Both the position numbers and the translations under genes were made by a program. From NCBI GenBank assembly GCA_054600435.1, contig BAAIJX010000010.1:186001-250000 (forward strand): DNA of 64,000 nt, in the 5' to 3' direction. Of the stretch, positions 37,422-48,594 are shown piece by piece (the first letter of the stretch is position 1; each line of letters begins with the position of its first letter). Source of the DNA: Neophaeotheca triangularis. Taxonomy: Eukaryota. The notes beneath the pieces are model-generated. The model was given only the letters and a program-made list of their open reading frames with translations. It made no database searches and was not told the DNA's origin.

Positions 37422-39221
37422 ATGGCGGCTCGTGTATCAATCGCGAACGCTCTACCGAAGCCGAAATACAACGGCAACGATGATCGCGATTTGTCGCAGC
37501 CCAAACAACAAGCACAGCGAGGCCCGCGCCTGGTCGACTCCCGCCAACTCGAATCTTCGCAACTGGTAGTGAAGCGCTCCGGCCCTCCTCCTTACGGTCA
37601 ACGTGCATCATGGCGTCCACGTAACCCAGAGGACTTTGGTGATGGCGGCGCATTTCCGGAAGTCGCTGTCGCGCAGTACCCGCTGGACATGGGCAAAAAG
37701 GGCGCTTCCTCGAATTCGAATGCGCTGGCGTTACAGGTGGATGGGGAGGGCAAGGTCAAATACGATGCTATCGCCAAGCAAGGTCACGCCGACGGTCGCA
37801 TTGTCCACGCCTCATTCGCCGACCTAATCCCAAAGAGGCAGCAAGCAAATGCAGGCACACTCGACTTGAGCAAGCCCAGTGAGGAAGATATTCAGGCTAC
37901 GAAAGAGAAGACTCAGAAAGCGCTTCAAGGTCTTGTCGACGGTGCACTCGCCGCACAGAAGCCCAAGAATGTCCGTGGCACAACTAGGCCTGAGCCCACC
38001 TTCGTCCGCTACACGCCCTCCGATCAGATGGGCGCCAAGGCAGGCAAAGACCGCATCATGAAGATTATGCAGCGTCAGCAAGATCCCATGGAGCCTCCCA
38101 AGCACAAGATGAAGAAAATCCCCCGCGGCCCTCCATCGCCTCCTCCTCCAGTAATGCACTCGCCTCCCCGCAAACTCACCGCCGAAGATCAAGAAGCTTG
38201 GAAGATCCCTCCACCAGTCTCCAACTGGAAGAACCCCAAAGGATACACGGTGCCACTGGATAAGCGTCTAGCGGCGGATGGCAGGGGCTTGCAGGACGTC
38301 ACCATCAACGACAAATTCGCGCACTTCGCCGAAGCCTTCAATGCCGCCGAAGTGCATGCGCGAGAGGAAGTCACTCAACGCCAGAAAATGCAGCAACGTC
38401 TTGCGGAGAAGGAAAAGGAAGAGAAAGAACAAAACCTGCGCAACTTGGCCATCAAAGCACGCGAAGACCGAGAACGCACACAGCTCGCATCTCACGCCCA
38501 CCGCGAACCACCCCGCCGATCACGGTCGCGCTCATCTTCTGCCGACTCTCGCTCCTCCTATTCCTCACGCTCTCGTTCTCGCTCCGGCTCTCCTGGGGAA
38601 TCCGCGGCCGAAAAGGCCCGCAAAGAACGCGAACGCCAGCGCCAAGAACGCCGTGAAGAAGATAAGCGCGAGCTCCGTCAGAAGAACATGGGCCAAGAGC
38701 GCCGTATGCAGCAAATGGCTCGCACACAGAACCGCGACATCTCGGAAAAGGTCGCCTTGGGTCTCGCCAAACCGACGCAGAGCAAGGAAGCCATGTACGA
38801 CTCGCGACTGTTCGATCGCTCTTCGGGCTTCGCTGCGGGTTTCAATGAGGATCAACCGTACGATAAACCGTTATTCGCGGAGCGTGATGCGCTCAATAGC
38901 ATCTATAGGCCGAACGTGGGGAACGATGATGACGAGGAGGGAGATGGTGGGGAGACTTTGAAAAATATCCAGGGTACTAAGAGGTTCGATACCTTAGGCA
39001 AGGCGCCGAAGCAGGGGTTCAAGGGAACGGAGGCTGTGGAGGAGAGAAGCGGGCCGGTCATGTTCGAGAGGGATAGGGGTGGGAAGCCCACGAAGGAGGA
39101 TGATCCGTTCGGTGTTGATGGTATGATTGCTGAGGCCAGCAAGGGGTCTGGGAAGAGAGGTGCTGACGGCGATGCTGGGAGAAGCAACGGGAAGAGGGCG
39201 AGGGTCGACGATGACGACTAG
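37422..39221 (+). CDS. PRP45: Pre-mRNA splicing factor Prp45/SNW1/SKIP
   Basis: DFGDGGAFPEVAVAQYPLDMG, DPMEPP, PPSPPPPVMHSPPRK, SNWKNPKGYTVPLDKRLAADGRGLQ, RDISEKVALG. Confidence 0.96.
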   Translation: MAARVSIANALPKPKYNGNDDRDLSQPKQQAQRGPRLVDSRQLESSQLVVKRSGPPPYGQRASWRPRNPEDFGDGGAFPEVAVAQYPLDMGKKGASSNSNALALQVDGEGKVKYDAIAKQGHADGRIVHASFADLIPKRQQANAGTLDLSKPSEEDIQATKEKTQKALQGLVDGALAAQKPKNVRGTTRPEPTFVRYTPSDQMGAKAGKDRIMKIMQRQQDPMEPPKHKMKKIPRGPPSPPPPVMHSPPRKLTAEDQEAWKIPPPVSNWKNPKGYTVPLDKRLAADGRGLQDVTINDKFAHFAEAFNAAEVHAREEVTQRQKMQQRLAEKEKEEKEQNLRNLAIKAREDRERTQLASHAHREPPRRSRSRSSSADSRSSYSSRSRSRSGSPGESAAEKARKERERQRQERREEDKRELRQKNMGQERRMQQMARTQNRDISEKVALGLAKPTQSKEAMYDSRLFDRSSGFAAGFNEDQPYDKPLFAERDALNSIYRPNVGNDDDEEGDGGETLKNIQGTKRFDTLGKAPKQGFKGTEAVEERSGPVMFERDRGGKPTKEDDPFGVDGMIAEASKGSGKRGADGDAGRSNGKRARVDDDD

Positions 39222-39585
39222 TAGAGAGAGGCTGTTGCTTCAGACGAGCAAGGATAAGGCGCACGGCTATTCCTTATATGAAGTTCAGAGCAGCTCAAAT
39301 TCAGGAAGAAGGGACGGGCAATGAGGGACTGGCTGGCGAATTGGCGTTGTCACGCTTGTTTCATACGTTACGCTGGGCAGAAGGGTGAAGTTTGTTTGAT
39401 AGTGACCGCTTTCGATAACGAACAGTGACTTGATATTCCTACCTCTGCTATCGCTCCGACCGTTGACCATTTCCCAGTGACTGGTCTCCCAATTCACGCT
39501 GCTCCTCTTCCAAACTCTTAGTTATGGCACCCTTCCAGTCTCACAGAACACTTCATCCCCAACACAACACCAAGCACCGACAACC

Positions 39586-41061
39586 ATGCCCCGGCTCAGA
39601 GCTTCTCCCCAACTAGGCGCAGACTTCGCGAGAACCCCTGTTGCTTCCTTACCACCCGCACCTACTATTACACAAACTCTTGATCACCTAAGTCGTGACA
39701 ACAACAGCCCCTTGGATGCGCAGGCACCAGCACCTTCACCAATCCTTCCAGACGCGGCACCGACACCCGACCTCCTGCAACCTGACACACACAGTGTCCA
39801 CAAAAGTCGGCCTGAACCACAAGTGACCCCCAACATCTCTTCCAGCGGTATCGAACCTTGCATGACACTGGAAACCATCACCTTCCCGCCCTCGCAGACC
39901 CTCGTACCTTTCAAATACCTCGCCAAAAGCCAGCCCAGAATCCGCGTCCTTCACCACCCAGCCTGGCAGCGCGATTTTGGCAAGGATAAGGAATCGGCTT
40001 CCACGGAGCCAAGAGAACGACCAGTAAAAGACATCTCTAGAGAGCTGCAAAACACTACCATTAAGACTCCCGCAGGGGAATCGAGCTCGACGACCAAAGG
40101 CCCTCCCATGGCGACGGGAGCGCATCCAGCACCCCAACCCACCCAGCCAAGAGCGGAAATGCATGGGTTCCGCACTTTCGCCACTCCAGTAGAGACCACT
40201 TCTACTCCCGCCACCTCAATTCTGGCGCCCACCATCACCGCTCGCCCATCCCTAGGCCTCACAAATGAAGCGCTCTCGACGTTTCAAGTCCTGTTCCTCT
40301 CGCTCTTCCTGCTGGGTTTGCTTCTCACGTCGGTAATGCTTTTTCTGGTTAACTTCCCTCCTTCGGCGGGGTCGTGGGTTGCCGCGCCCTGGTTGAGAAC
40401 ACGGAGATGGTTTCAGGGCCTCGCGAGGACGGCGCCAAGGATTTTGCGCCAACTAAGACGTGTCGATGCGCGCCGTGGGGGTGGCTATAAGGTCCTTGAG
40501 AGTACCGCGGAGGGAATAGAGGAGCCGGGATCTGACATGGATGAGGGTGACGGGGTTTTGGATCGAAATACGAGAACGAGCGCAGGCCTGTCACCACTTT
40601 CGTCTGCTGTGGAACTGGTTTCGAGTCCGAGGTTTAGTCCAGGACACGGTCTGAGGTATCGACGTTCCCCACGGGTTGAGCAGGCTGCTCGGTTTGAGGG
40701 TATTGCGGAGCACGATAGCCCTCCTCTGCTCTCGCCGACACTTACCGATCCTGAGAACTATCGCGTTTGGCTGCTGGCTGCGAGGCAGAACGCGGATGTC
40801 GAGTCGGGAACTTCGCCGCTGGAGGAGGTTTCTTTGATTTCGCCATCGGCTGTGGATGCTTTGGGAGGTGGTGACGGTTGGCTTGCTTGGGTCGCAAACG
40901 GTGTGGATAGGGGTGCCGATAAGTTGGCGGAGATGATGCATAGGCATGTTGAGAGAGGTGGGGCGGAAGAGGGGCTGTTGTTGCCCGTCCGGGATGAGGA
41001 GAGGGAGGGAAGTGCTGCCGGATGGAGGGCAAGGGAGTGGGAAGATGGGCGGAGTGATTGA
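39586..41061 (+). CDS. Hypothetical single-pass membrane protein (Pro/Thr/Ser-rich N-terminal half)
   Basis: 491-aa ORF, ATG in good context (acaaccATG), one clear TM segment FQVLFLSLFLLGLLLTSVMLFLV. Confidence 0.65.
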   Translation: MPRLRASPQLGADFARTPVASLPPAPTITQTLDHLSRDNNSPLDAQAPAPSPILPDAAPTPDLLQPDTHSVHKSRPEPQVTPNISSSGIEPCMTLETITFPPSQTLVPFKYLAKSQPRIRVLHHPAWQRDFGKDKESASTEPRERPVKDISRELQNTTIKTPAGESSSTTKGPPMATGAHPAPQPTQPRAEMHGFRTFATPVETTSTPATSILAPTITARPSLGLTNEALSTFQVLFLSLFLLGLLLTSVMLFLVNFPPSAGSWVAAPWLRTRRWFQGLARTAPRILRQLRRVDARRGGGYKVLESTAEGIEEPGSDMDEGDGVLDRNTRTSAGLSPLSSAVELVSSPRFSPGHGLRYRRSPRVEQAARFEGIAEHDSPPLLSPTLTDPENYRVWLLAARQNADVESGTSPLEEVSLISPSAVDALGGGDGWLAWVANGVDRGADKLAEMMHRHVERGGAEEGLLLPVRDEEREGSAAGWRAREWEDGRSD

Positions 41062-41499
41062 AGGAAACTGTCTCTGGTATTGCATGATAACCTACCTCAG
41101 AGAGACAAGTAATTCTAAACAAATGTATTGGCATCGATTTGCGTTCCCCGTTGTCGGTTCTGGAAGTATCTGACAAAGAATATTTCATGTCCGTCTACGA
41201 TTGGCAAAATGCCGTCAAGCCGGGTGATGCCAAAGGTACGGGTGGACACTCTGGATTGATGTTGAAGACTGCGGTAACCATTATGTCTACTCAAACTCGA
41301 GCCCTAACGAAGCTAAGGTGGTATCGAAAGCGGTCCAAGCGCCCTCGAATCCCGGCCCCCACCCTCCAAGAGCCTGGCACAATCCACCACCACAACAACG
41401 ACAACAAACAAATCTTCAAAACTCCCTAAAAAATCACACACTCGCTCAAAAAATACGACAAGACCACCTTAGCAATCGCAAAGTTTATAGCAAAATAGC

Positions 41500-41602
41500 A
41501 AAAAAAACTTTGTAGCTCACTTTACTTGCATGTGTCATCCTTAGTGCAGGGGCCATGCTAATCTTCTCTGTATTGTTTCAAATTGACCAAATGCCCGAAG
41601 GC
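41500..41602 (-). ncRNA. SNR6: U6 spliceosomal snRNA (intronless)
   Basis: Minus strand reads GCCTTCGGGCATTTGGTCAATTTGAAACAATACAGAGAAGATTAGCATGGCCCCTGCACTAAGGATGACAC...TTTTTTT: ACAGAGA box, AGC triad, ISL, 5' C(UUCG)G hairpin, oligo-T Pol III terminator. Confidence 0.96.
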
Positions 41603-41623
41603 AGTGAGCTTCGCTGGTCTGGC

Positions 41624-41632
41624 ATAAATATA
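41624..41632 (-). promoter_or_regulatory. TATA box of the U6 gene (TATATTTAT at about -22 to -30); internal A box TGGTCAATTTG
   Basis: Position and sequence fit the yeast-type SNR6 promoter layout. Confidence 0.7.
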
Positions 41633-42750
41633 CTCTAGAATCCGAACTATGGGTTTCTGCACTGCACTTTAACAATTACTTGCCCATCCAACTGTGCGGG
41701 ATGCACTATTTTTCTTGCTCTTTTCAACGGTGGTGTTCATTTCTTTCTTGCGTCGTCGTCGCAGTTTGCGCCCGCTGAACAAGATTCGCGACGACCTCGG
41801 GATCGCGCTGCACTGTGAGGGCAGCGATGTGTAGAACCTCATCGATCCTATATTTGATTCTATCGAGCAGATTAGAAACAGCCATACGCATTGGTCGATC
41901 AGACTACTCTATTCCAAAAAACTCACACCGTCATCCAAATCATCGGCAGCACTCTCCGCGAACGTATCACTGCGAGAATGGAGAAATCAGATCGAACTCA
42001 CGACTCACCACTGCCTCGTATCATCTCCCGCACAATTCCCACCGCGCAGCATTATTGACGCTGTCGTCCTCGACCCCGGTAAATCGCGACAACTTGACGT
42101 CAACCTAGTCAGAATTGACAAAAGCCTTTCAACACTCCCTTCTTAGTTGCTCGAATCACATCATGCAGCATAAATGGCTCGATGGGCAACAATAACTCCG
42201 GCTCCCCTTTTGTAGGCGACGAGGCGTGAGCCCCTCGCATGCGCTTGCAAAAAAATCCGTGACTCGTGAACAAGTCACCTTCTCTTCTTCTTCCGACAGA
42301 ATAACATTGAGCGCCCGTGTATTTTCGGAGGGTTACGCGAAAGAAAGGTGTAAGAGCTCAGAATAATGAAGCAATTGGGTTCGTAGTGGGGGAGGGGAAA
42401 TGATTCGGATTTCGCCCCAGTGCGCCAGGGAAACCCCGCTACGTGCTAGTTATCACGCCCCCACCGGCCGATAAGGGAGCCTGAGGTACACAAGGAGGTT
42501 TGAATGCCAAGACAACGAAGACGACGGGGTACATGGAGAAGGAATCAACAGTGTGAAAGACGTTCTCGACAGATTTACGGTACGGAAAGAGCGATCCCGT
42601 TCCTTCGCCTTCAGGACAACCGAACCGAACACCATGAACCACCCGATTAGCCTCGCGGCCACTAGTACTCCTCACATTCCCATACCCATCCCATAGTAAT
42701 GAAATCCGTAACTCATACAATACGTGTTCCCATAGTCTCGCGCGACTTCT

Positions 42751-44107
42751 CTAAGAAGAACAAGAAGAAGCAGTCGCCTCCTCCACCGGAACGGCGTTCT
42801 CATCGCCCTCATCTGAAGCCTCGCGCTTCCTCTTGTCGCCAGTACCACCAAAAACTTTGGCGATGGCGGTAGCAGCGGGTGACATTGTCTCACACTCTGC
42901 GACTGTCTCGTCCTCGAAGATGGGAATGTCGTCCCCAGCCAGGACGCTATCCTGCAGAGGCGACGGTTTGGTCTTCTTGCTCTTGGCCTTGGCTGAGCCG
43001 CCGAGGAGGGAAAAGGCTTCCGGCTTCTTGACTGGGGCTTGCTCAACTTCAGGTTGCACGACGATGTGAGAGTCTTTGTTGAGGCCTTCGGAATAGAAGT
43101 GTTCGGTCTCGAGGTCGTTGAGGGCGGCGCGCTCGCCGTCATCCATGGTTTCGACTGCGATTTTCCTGCGGATGAGGTTGGTCTTCTTGGTAATAACAGG
43201 AGCAGACATAGCTGGTGCAGCAAGCACGCCTTCGGTAGTGGTGGTTGCGACAGAAGCACGAGAGGCAGCGACGGCATCGTAACCCTCTGGAGCTACGTTC
43301 TCCTTGCCTTTGTCGCTGCGCTCCCTCTTCCTGCCCTCCTCGTCCGAGCTCAAGTCCAGAGTCAGAGTGCTGTGCTCCATGATGGTCGCGGCTTCCTCTT
43401 CGGGAGAATCTTCGTAGATCTCGAAGAACCAGTTCTTGGGCATGGGTGCCGCGGTAGTGGAAGGCTCGGCCGCCTTGGGAGCAGGTGCCTTGGAGGATAA
43501 GGTACCGCTAAGAGCCGCATCAAGGCTGAAGGGCATGCTGCTGGAGCTGGAGCCAGTGGAGCGGGAGAAGGGAGGGTCAACGCGGGTGTATGGAGCGGAG
43601 ATACGACGGGAAGTCGTGGTCTTGCGTTTCGGAGAGCGTCCTGCGGGTGCTGTCAAGGGAGCACGAGGCGAAGACATATTGGCGCGGGCGGGAGTAGAGA
43701 CGCGAGCAGTGTTGCTGGATGGGGCCATTGGCTTGGACGGAGTGAGGGAAAAGGTGAAGGGCTTGACTGGCGTGTCAAAAGCGCTGAGTTTGTTCTTCTT
43801 GCTGGGAGAGCTGAAGCTAGACGGATCGACATTCTCGCCGTCGAGATCATCAAACGGAGACGGCGAAAAGGCTCGCTTGCCGGTGGTGACGGTCGTCTTG
43901 GAAGCTGAGATGTTGGCTTTGCCACTGCTGCCGAGTGGTGATTTCTGAGAGTTCAGGCCTGCTTGGGTAAGTCATGGGCTTTGATCACGCGTCATATGCT
44001 CGATGGAGCATACCATTCTGCCTGTTCTTCGCGCTGTTCAGGTGCTGCAGACGGGGACCGTCAATGGCACCAAACGGCTGCCTGGCTACTGGGGAAAGAG
44101 TAGCCAT
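42751..44107 (-). CDS. Acm1-like disordered protein with ABBA, KEN and D-box motifs (candidate APC/C-Cdh1 inhibitor); exons 44107-44014, 43958-42751, 433 aa
   Basis: Intron GTATGC...CAG (44013-43959) joins MATLSPVARQPFGAIDGPRLQHLNSAKNRQN to the main ORF; FFEIYEDSPEEE, GKENVAP, RAALNDLETEHF, IPIFED; many S/T-P sites. Confidence 0.8.
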
Positions 44108-44179
44108 TGCGAAAGGAAGTAGAAGAAGATTTCTGGCGAGGCGTGCGGTGGAGGGAAGCTCGACGATAGGCGGGCACTT

Positions 44180-44213
44180 CGCGAAAGGGAGATAGATGCC
44201 CGATTCCACGCGT
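44180..44213. promoter_or_regulatory. SCB-like CGCGAAA (44180) and MCB ACGCGT (44208) elements upstream of the Acm1-like gene
   Basis: Exact motif matches 70-110 bp upstream of the ATG; a second ACGCGT at 43987 lies in the intron. Confidence 0.5.
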
Positions 44214-44872
44214 GGGTGTCGGCGGCGTATGTGTGCCGTCAGTAGTGATGTTCCTAGTGAGTTCTGGTATATGATGATGTCGAGTACTATGTAGTAATGA
44301 GCGTGGTAGGTCTGAAAGACGGGAAGAGAGATGGAGTCGAGTCGAGAGTTGGGCGCGGTCGAGATGCGAGATGCGAAAAAGGAACGGTCGTCTTGGTTTC
44401 GTGTCGTGAACGCGCTGAGCGGAGAGGATTGATACGATGTCGCTGCTCCATTGGAAGTCGCGCTAATGCAAGACGCGGTCGTGCCTGCTTCGTGACTGGG
44501 GCAACGCTTTGACCCTTGCCAATCTCTACTTTTGACTTTGTGCCTACAATGCGTGAGAGTACACATCAGTATCTACATGTAGGTACATTTACACCCCAAA
44601 ATATATGCGGTACAATGAGAATCGCATTCGTATCTACACTCGGGATATACTGCCACTCCCAACTGTACTGAATTCTTATTGTAGTGAACTAGCTATCTGA
44701 TGCTGCCCCTTGGTGCCCACGACTGAACGACGATTCTCGAGCAACAGGAAGAGTCTCTGCTGAAGACGCCTCATCTTCCCAGGTGTCTTCGACATGACCC
44801 CCCTTCGCAAGGGCTACGCTCAGATGTCGCCGTCTCGGCCAACTCGGGCTCGGCTCTCAAAGCGCTCCCGAG

Positions 44873-45915
44873 TCAAACCGCGTCTTGACGAGCGTGAACC
44901 CAGCACCAGCGAGCTCGCCTTCTACCTCCCTCCAATTTAGGCACTACGACCTCGAAAGTCTGCTGAGCGCGCACGCCGAGCAATTTCTTCAGAATCCCTA
45001 GCTCCCGCGAGTCAGAACGCTCCCTGGCTATACGCTCCGTGGGTGTGGACTCCCCGGGGGCCGGGTGGGAAAAGTATCCCTGGGGTCTCCTGCGCGGCAT
45101 GGGCCACAGGGCGGGAGAGCTGAAGAACTTGATGTGGCAGGTCAGCAAAAGCGAGAGCGTGCGCAAGACCTTACAGGTTCTTGACCAGGCGAGTCGCAGA
45201 GCCTGTTGTTGTCCAGGCTTGCCGCTGCCAAAAGAGACGTGCAGTCGGATGTGTCGAATCATCCGCATGTTCTCGGGGTCGATGAATTGGGTGAAAGCTA
45301 ATTACTGCGCGCTTGACCGGTCGATGAGGTTTCAATTGGTGCGGTGACATCTCGTGCCGAGGGAGTAAGGCGAGTGCCTGTCGCAGCTGTAATTGCTGTC
45401 GAATTGGAAAATGAAACTGCCGTAGAAGAGGCGAAATACATAAGATTGTGTTTGCAGAGTGAGCTTCCCTTTCTTACCGTCAAAGAGTTGTCAGTCGTGC
45501 TTGGCTTGTACTTGTGCTTTCATTTCGCGATTCACTCGCAGCAGCCGTGCCGTAAGAGCTCCAACTCAGCGTAGGCACCTTCCTATCCTCGTCCTCAATG
45601 CCCCTGAGCCTGTGTTGATCATGAACACTTCTCGCATCGGGTCGTGCACCGTAACAGCAGCCGAGATGGTACCTCACGACGGCCTCGTGGCGCGGTCCAG
45701 CTGACAAGACTCACCCACTCCTTGCGCTCCAGCTCCAGCTCTGAAGGGGGATAATGCGAAGCTTCGAGCCGTGGCCCGGGCAAACGCACACGACCTGGCT
45801 GTAACAGCCGCCAGAGTAGCAGTGATGCTCGATAAGAATTCCGTAGGCGGACTCTATGCCTAAGAGGAAGGTGCGCTCGCGCAGTTCGATGGGTAGTCTG
45901 AACATGGGTGCTTGC
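44873..45915 (-). pseudogene. Probable decayed gene of the fungal 'LxxLPxELRxxI' F-box-like family
   Basis: Fragments in different frames: MFRLPIELRERTF (45905), ALTARLLRVNREMKAQV (~45560), FTQFIDPENMRMIRHIRLHV (~45290), separated by stops and frame changes. Confidence 0.4.
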
Positions 45916-47616
45916 GGGCTCTACAGACTTATGCGCTCAAATTGCAAGCGTTCGAGATGCCGTAACCGCCGTAAACGCCAGAAACGCGACATGTCCCAGT
46001 AAATTGCTTTCTTGCATCGTACGTAGACCAAAACAACTCTTCCAGACCGCGTCCGATACCTCCGCATGAGTATCTCCCTGATCCGACTGGGGACACCTAT
46101 GAGCAAGCATATCAGGGCAAACGGATACCCTAGCGGGAGAAAGAACAGATAAGGGTACACCATGCACTTCTCCAACAGACTGAGTTCGATTGTACATGAC
46201 AGGAAGGTTGGCAAAGCAATTCAGCGTGCGAAGGCAAACGACCTTCCTTAACAAGGCCGGAGATAATCAGTTGGTTGAATGCTTTAAACATTGCCTCTTG
46301 TACAAAACAGCCCCGTTCGCCACTTACCTTGAGTACAGTAGGAAGGGTTCTGGCTTGCTCAGCCTTGACCAGCTTTTGTTTGGTTGTTGGCCAAGGATAA
46401 CTGGCCGCTGGCAGTCATGCTGAGTCCAAGAGGTTAGTTGGGGTGCCCTCGAAGCCTGCGCCTGCAATCCGAGATGTCTACGAGAGCCTGGAAACCTCTC
46501 TGTGCCTTGGGGTTTAGCATCATGGCTAGGTGAACACTTGATCGGCAACAGTGCGGCTCTTGCTGTACCCTGGCATGTCAGAAGAGAGTTGAGAGAGGAG
46601 AATGCAACGGGAAAAGACATGTTTAGCAAGGAAGAAGTCGTCTGCCGAAGCGAATGTAGCTGTCAGTGTATCAATGGATGTAGACTCCGCGTTGAACACG
46701 GCTTTGAAACTTTATGCCTGTAGAGGTCGTGACATATTTTAATCATACCTTAGGAATGCTAAGTATGTACATACCCAGATAGATGGCTACCTAGGTGAGT
46801 AGGATTATTCAGAGTTGCCGCCTTCCTTGCCGACCTCGGGATGTAACATGACGGATATATCACGCCACGAGTCGCGTGATGCCTCACGCGCGCATGAATT
46901 CCGGTCCCAAGCGTACCTAACTGTACAGCCCTGGGGTAGGTAACTGCTCGTCACTTCAAGCTCCACAAGTGGTCTGCTCTTCCAGGTTAGATTGGTCTTG
47001 GTCTTGCTCTTCGGCCTGGCGGTTGCAGCGCTCGACTCTGTGGCAGGCAAGACTAGATCTAGTGCTGCGCTGCAGTTTCCCGTTCGACGTCTGCCTGGCC
47101 GAGACAGTTGGGCGACAAGGCTAGTGGGGAGTCATTCTGAAGATTCCATTGCGTAGAAATCGTATGAGCTCGTCTTGTCGGTCAATTGGTTGAGTGTTGT
47201 CCCTTTAAATGACCTATCAACAGCTCCCCTCGCCTTTCACCTGCTCTTTCATGTGCTCTTGACTTTTTGTATCATTGTGAAGTCAACTTATTGATTGCTA
47301 TTATCTCCTCCAAGCCTTGAACGAACTCGGTGAATGAAACCCCTTCGACTAAAGCTCCTGACCCTGCCCAGCCTGACAAGACGGACAACATCAACCAAAG
47401 GAATCCGGAAGCTCTGTCATACCAATCATCCTCTCTGCACCCACTTCCAAAAGCCCCAAAGAAGGTAATTTCACATTGCTCTCCCACCTTGTTCCTTCTC
47501 ACTGCTAACTTTCCGACCAGCCAAACACCTCGAATCAAGAGCTAATCAAGAGCTCCGTTCGCCGTCCTTGGTCCAGACGCCTGCGCAACCCGTGCCATCA
47601 CGAATACACACACGCA

Positions 47617-47862
47617 ATGCCCTTCCCAGCTGCAATCAGAGCCTACTCCACCACCTCTCACGCCACGCGAGGAGGCTCGCTCGGCGTCGCAGTAGCCATG
47701 GGGTACTGCTGTCTAGCTTTCAGCGCGCCATTCGCAGGCGCCGCATTTGCCAGTAGGAGAGCCGGCAAGGACGAGCGGTACGCCAAGTTAAGGCCTTTGA
47801 CGTTCCGGGATTGCTTGAGGTGTTCGCCTTTGGACGATTACGCTGGGATGAAGTTCAGATGA
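47617..47862 (+). CDS. Small (81 aa) putative mitochondrial single-pass protein
   Basis: ATG after an AC-rich leader; presequence-like MPFPAAIRAYSTT; hydrophobic SLGVAVAMGYCCLAFSAPFAGAAFA; basic tail. Confidence 0.45.
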   Translation: MPFPAAIRAYSTTSHATRGGSLGVAVAMGYCCLAFSAPFAGAAFASRRAGKDERYAKLRPLTFRDCLRCSPLDDYAGMKFR

Positions 47863-48149
47863 ACGACGGTCGGCATTGTTGGTTTAGTTCCCTAACGATT
47901 GATGTGGCCGGGCGTTGGTGTGGAGATCTATGGGCAAGAACGGGATTTGATTTGTCCGTGGGAGTTGGGGAGTGAGGTTCCATATATACAAGGCTCGTTT
48001 TTTTCACAGAGCTGTGGGGTATTCCTAGACAGCATTCTTCATTATCCTACAAAAGTGTTTCCATACCATGCTTCTTCTCTTGCTCGTACGCTTCAAATGC
48101 TTCGCTCAAACTCGCGAACATGTACAATCGATCCATCCCCTCCATCCAT

Positions 48150-48594
48150 TCAACTAAATCGATCCCCCTTCCGACTCCTAAAAGGTTCCGCAGCCTCATA
48201 CTGGCCCTTAACCGCCAAGCTCTCCTGCTCATGCGTCACAGGCGCCGGGTCGCCCTGAGCCTGCCGACTCGGGTCCTGATGCCCTTCATGCCCTTCCTGC
48301 CGTTTCGCATTCGCCTGTCCGGTGATGCTCGCTTTTGACTGTGAGGCCGCTGCCGTCTGCCGGGCGTGCATTTGCTCCGCTACACGCATGCGCTCGCGCT
48401 GCTGTCGTCGCTGTTCTTCCAGTGCGGCACGCTGTTCGCGGTCGGAGTTGACGCTGCGTTTGGCGAAGTAGTAGGCGCCGCCGCCTGCGAGGATTAGAAC
48501 GCCCCAGCCGTAGCCGACTGAGCGGACCTAAGAGAGGGTGCGTTAGAGGTGGGGGGTCGGGTTCTGGGACAGAGCAATGGCGTACTGTGTTCAT
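48150..48594 (-). CDS. Small conserved fungal membrane protein (DUF4748-like), 128 aa; exons 48594-48586, 48527-48150
   Basis: 9-nt first exon plus intron GTACGC...CTAAC...TAG gives MNTVRSVGYGWGVLILAGGGAYYFAKRSVNSDR...YEAAEPFRSRKGDRFS. Confidence 0.8.
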
